From assembly GCF_964355755.1 (NCBI RefSeq), contig NC_092673.1, positions 3,906,001 to 3,970,000 of the forward strand: a DNA stretch of 64,000 nucleotides, given 5' to 3'. Made by a program: the position numbers and the translations under genes. Source of the DNA: Antedon mediterranea (lineage: Eukaryota; Animalia; Echinodermata). Below the pieces are notes generated by a model that was not told the origin of the DNA, searched no databases, and saw only the letters and a program-made list of their open reading frames with translations. Below are positions 63,714 through 64,000 of the stretch, one piece after another. Positions within the stretch are counted from its first letter, which is position 1; every line of letters begins with the position of its first letter.

Positions 63714-64000
63714 CTAAACATTATAAAAGGGTGTAAGAAAATAGATATCGATCATCCATATTAAAAGGTTAAACATTTTTCAACACGAAAGAGAAAGAAG
63801 GAACAGATTATGTATTAACAATTGCCAAGTGTATAATGTAAAAATGCTGTATTGTAAATAAACGTGGGGCACAAGAGGTAAGGGGAAAATGTTTTTGAAT
63901 TTTATGGCATCAATTATCATAGTAGACTGTTCTAAAACTTTGTGTCAAAAAGACTTTTAAGCAGACACAGGATTTTGAATGTTTAACTATTTAAGTAAGA

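Overview
AT-rich, intron-rich animal genomic DNA, probably a marine invertebrate (inference from composition and repeat types). It is not prokaryotic, and almost all entries in the supplied ORF track are spurious or partial. Manual splicing gives three genes. (1) A 5'-incomplete GT14/xylosyltransferase-like gene on +, with 17 phase-consistent exons from 9559 to 51129 (at least 829 aa). It ends in a charged stalk and two C-terminal hydrophobic helices, unlike canonical type II XYLTs. (2) A complete RPP30 gene on + (55508-60030, 9 exons, 286 aa) with a U12-type intron almost filled by a 13-bp satellite. (3) The last four exons of an EEP-superfamily gene on - (62364-63713). Introns are crowded with non-autonomous elements: about 18 copies of a Harbinger-type MITE carrying tandem CArG boxes, further Harbinger-, Kolobok- and Tc1/pogo-like MITEs, a Helitron, tRNA-derived SINEs, LINE remnants, Penelope-like fragments (one with a hammerhead ribozyme core) and many minisatellites. 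The most unusual signal is a small repeat family with asymmetric inverted arms whose core appears in both orientations relative to a fixed 3' tail.
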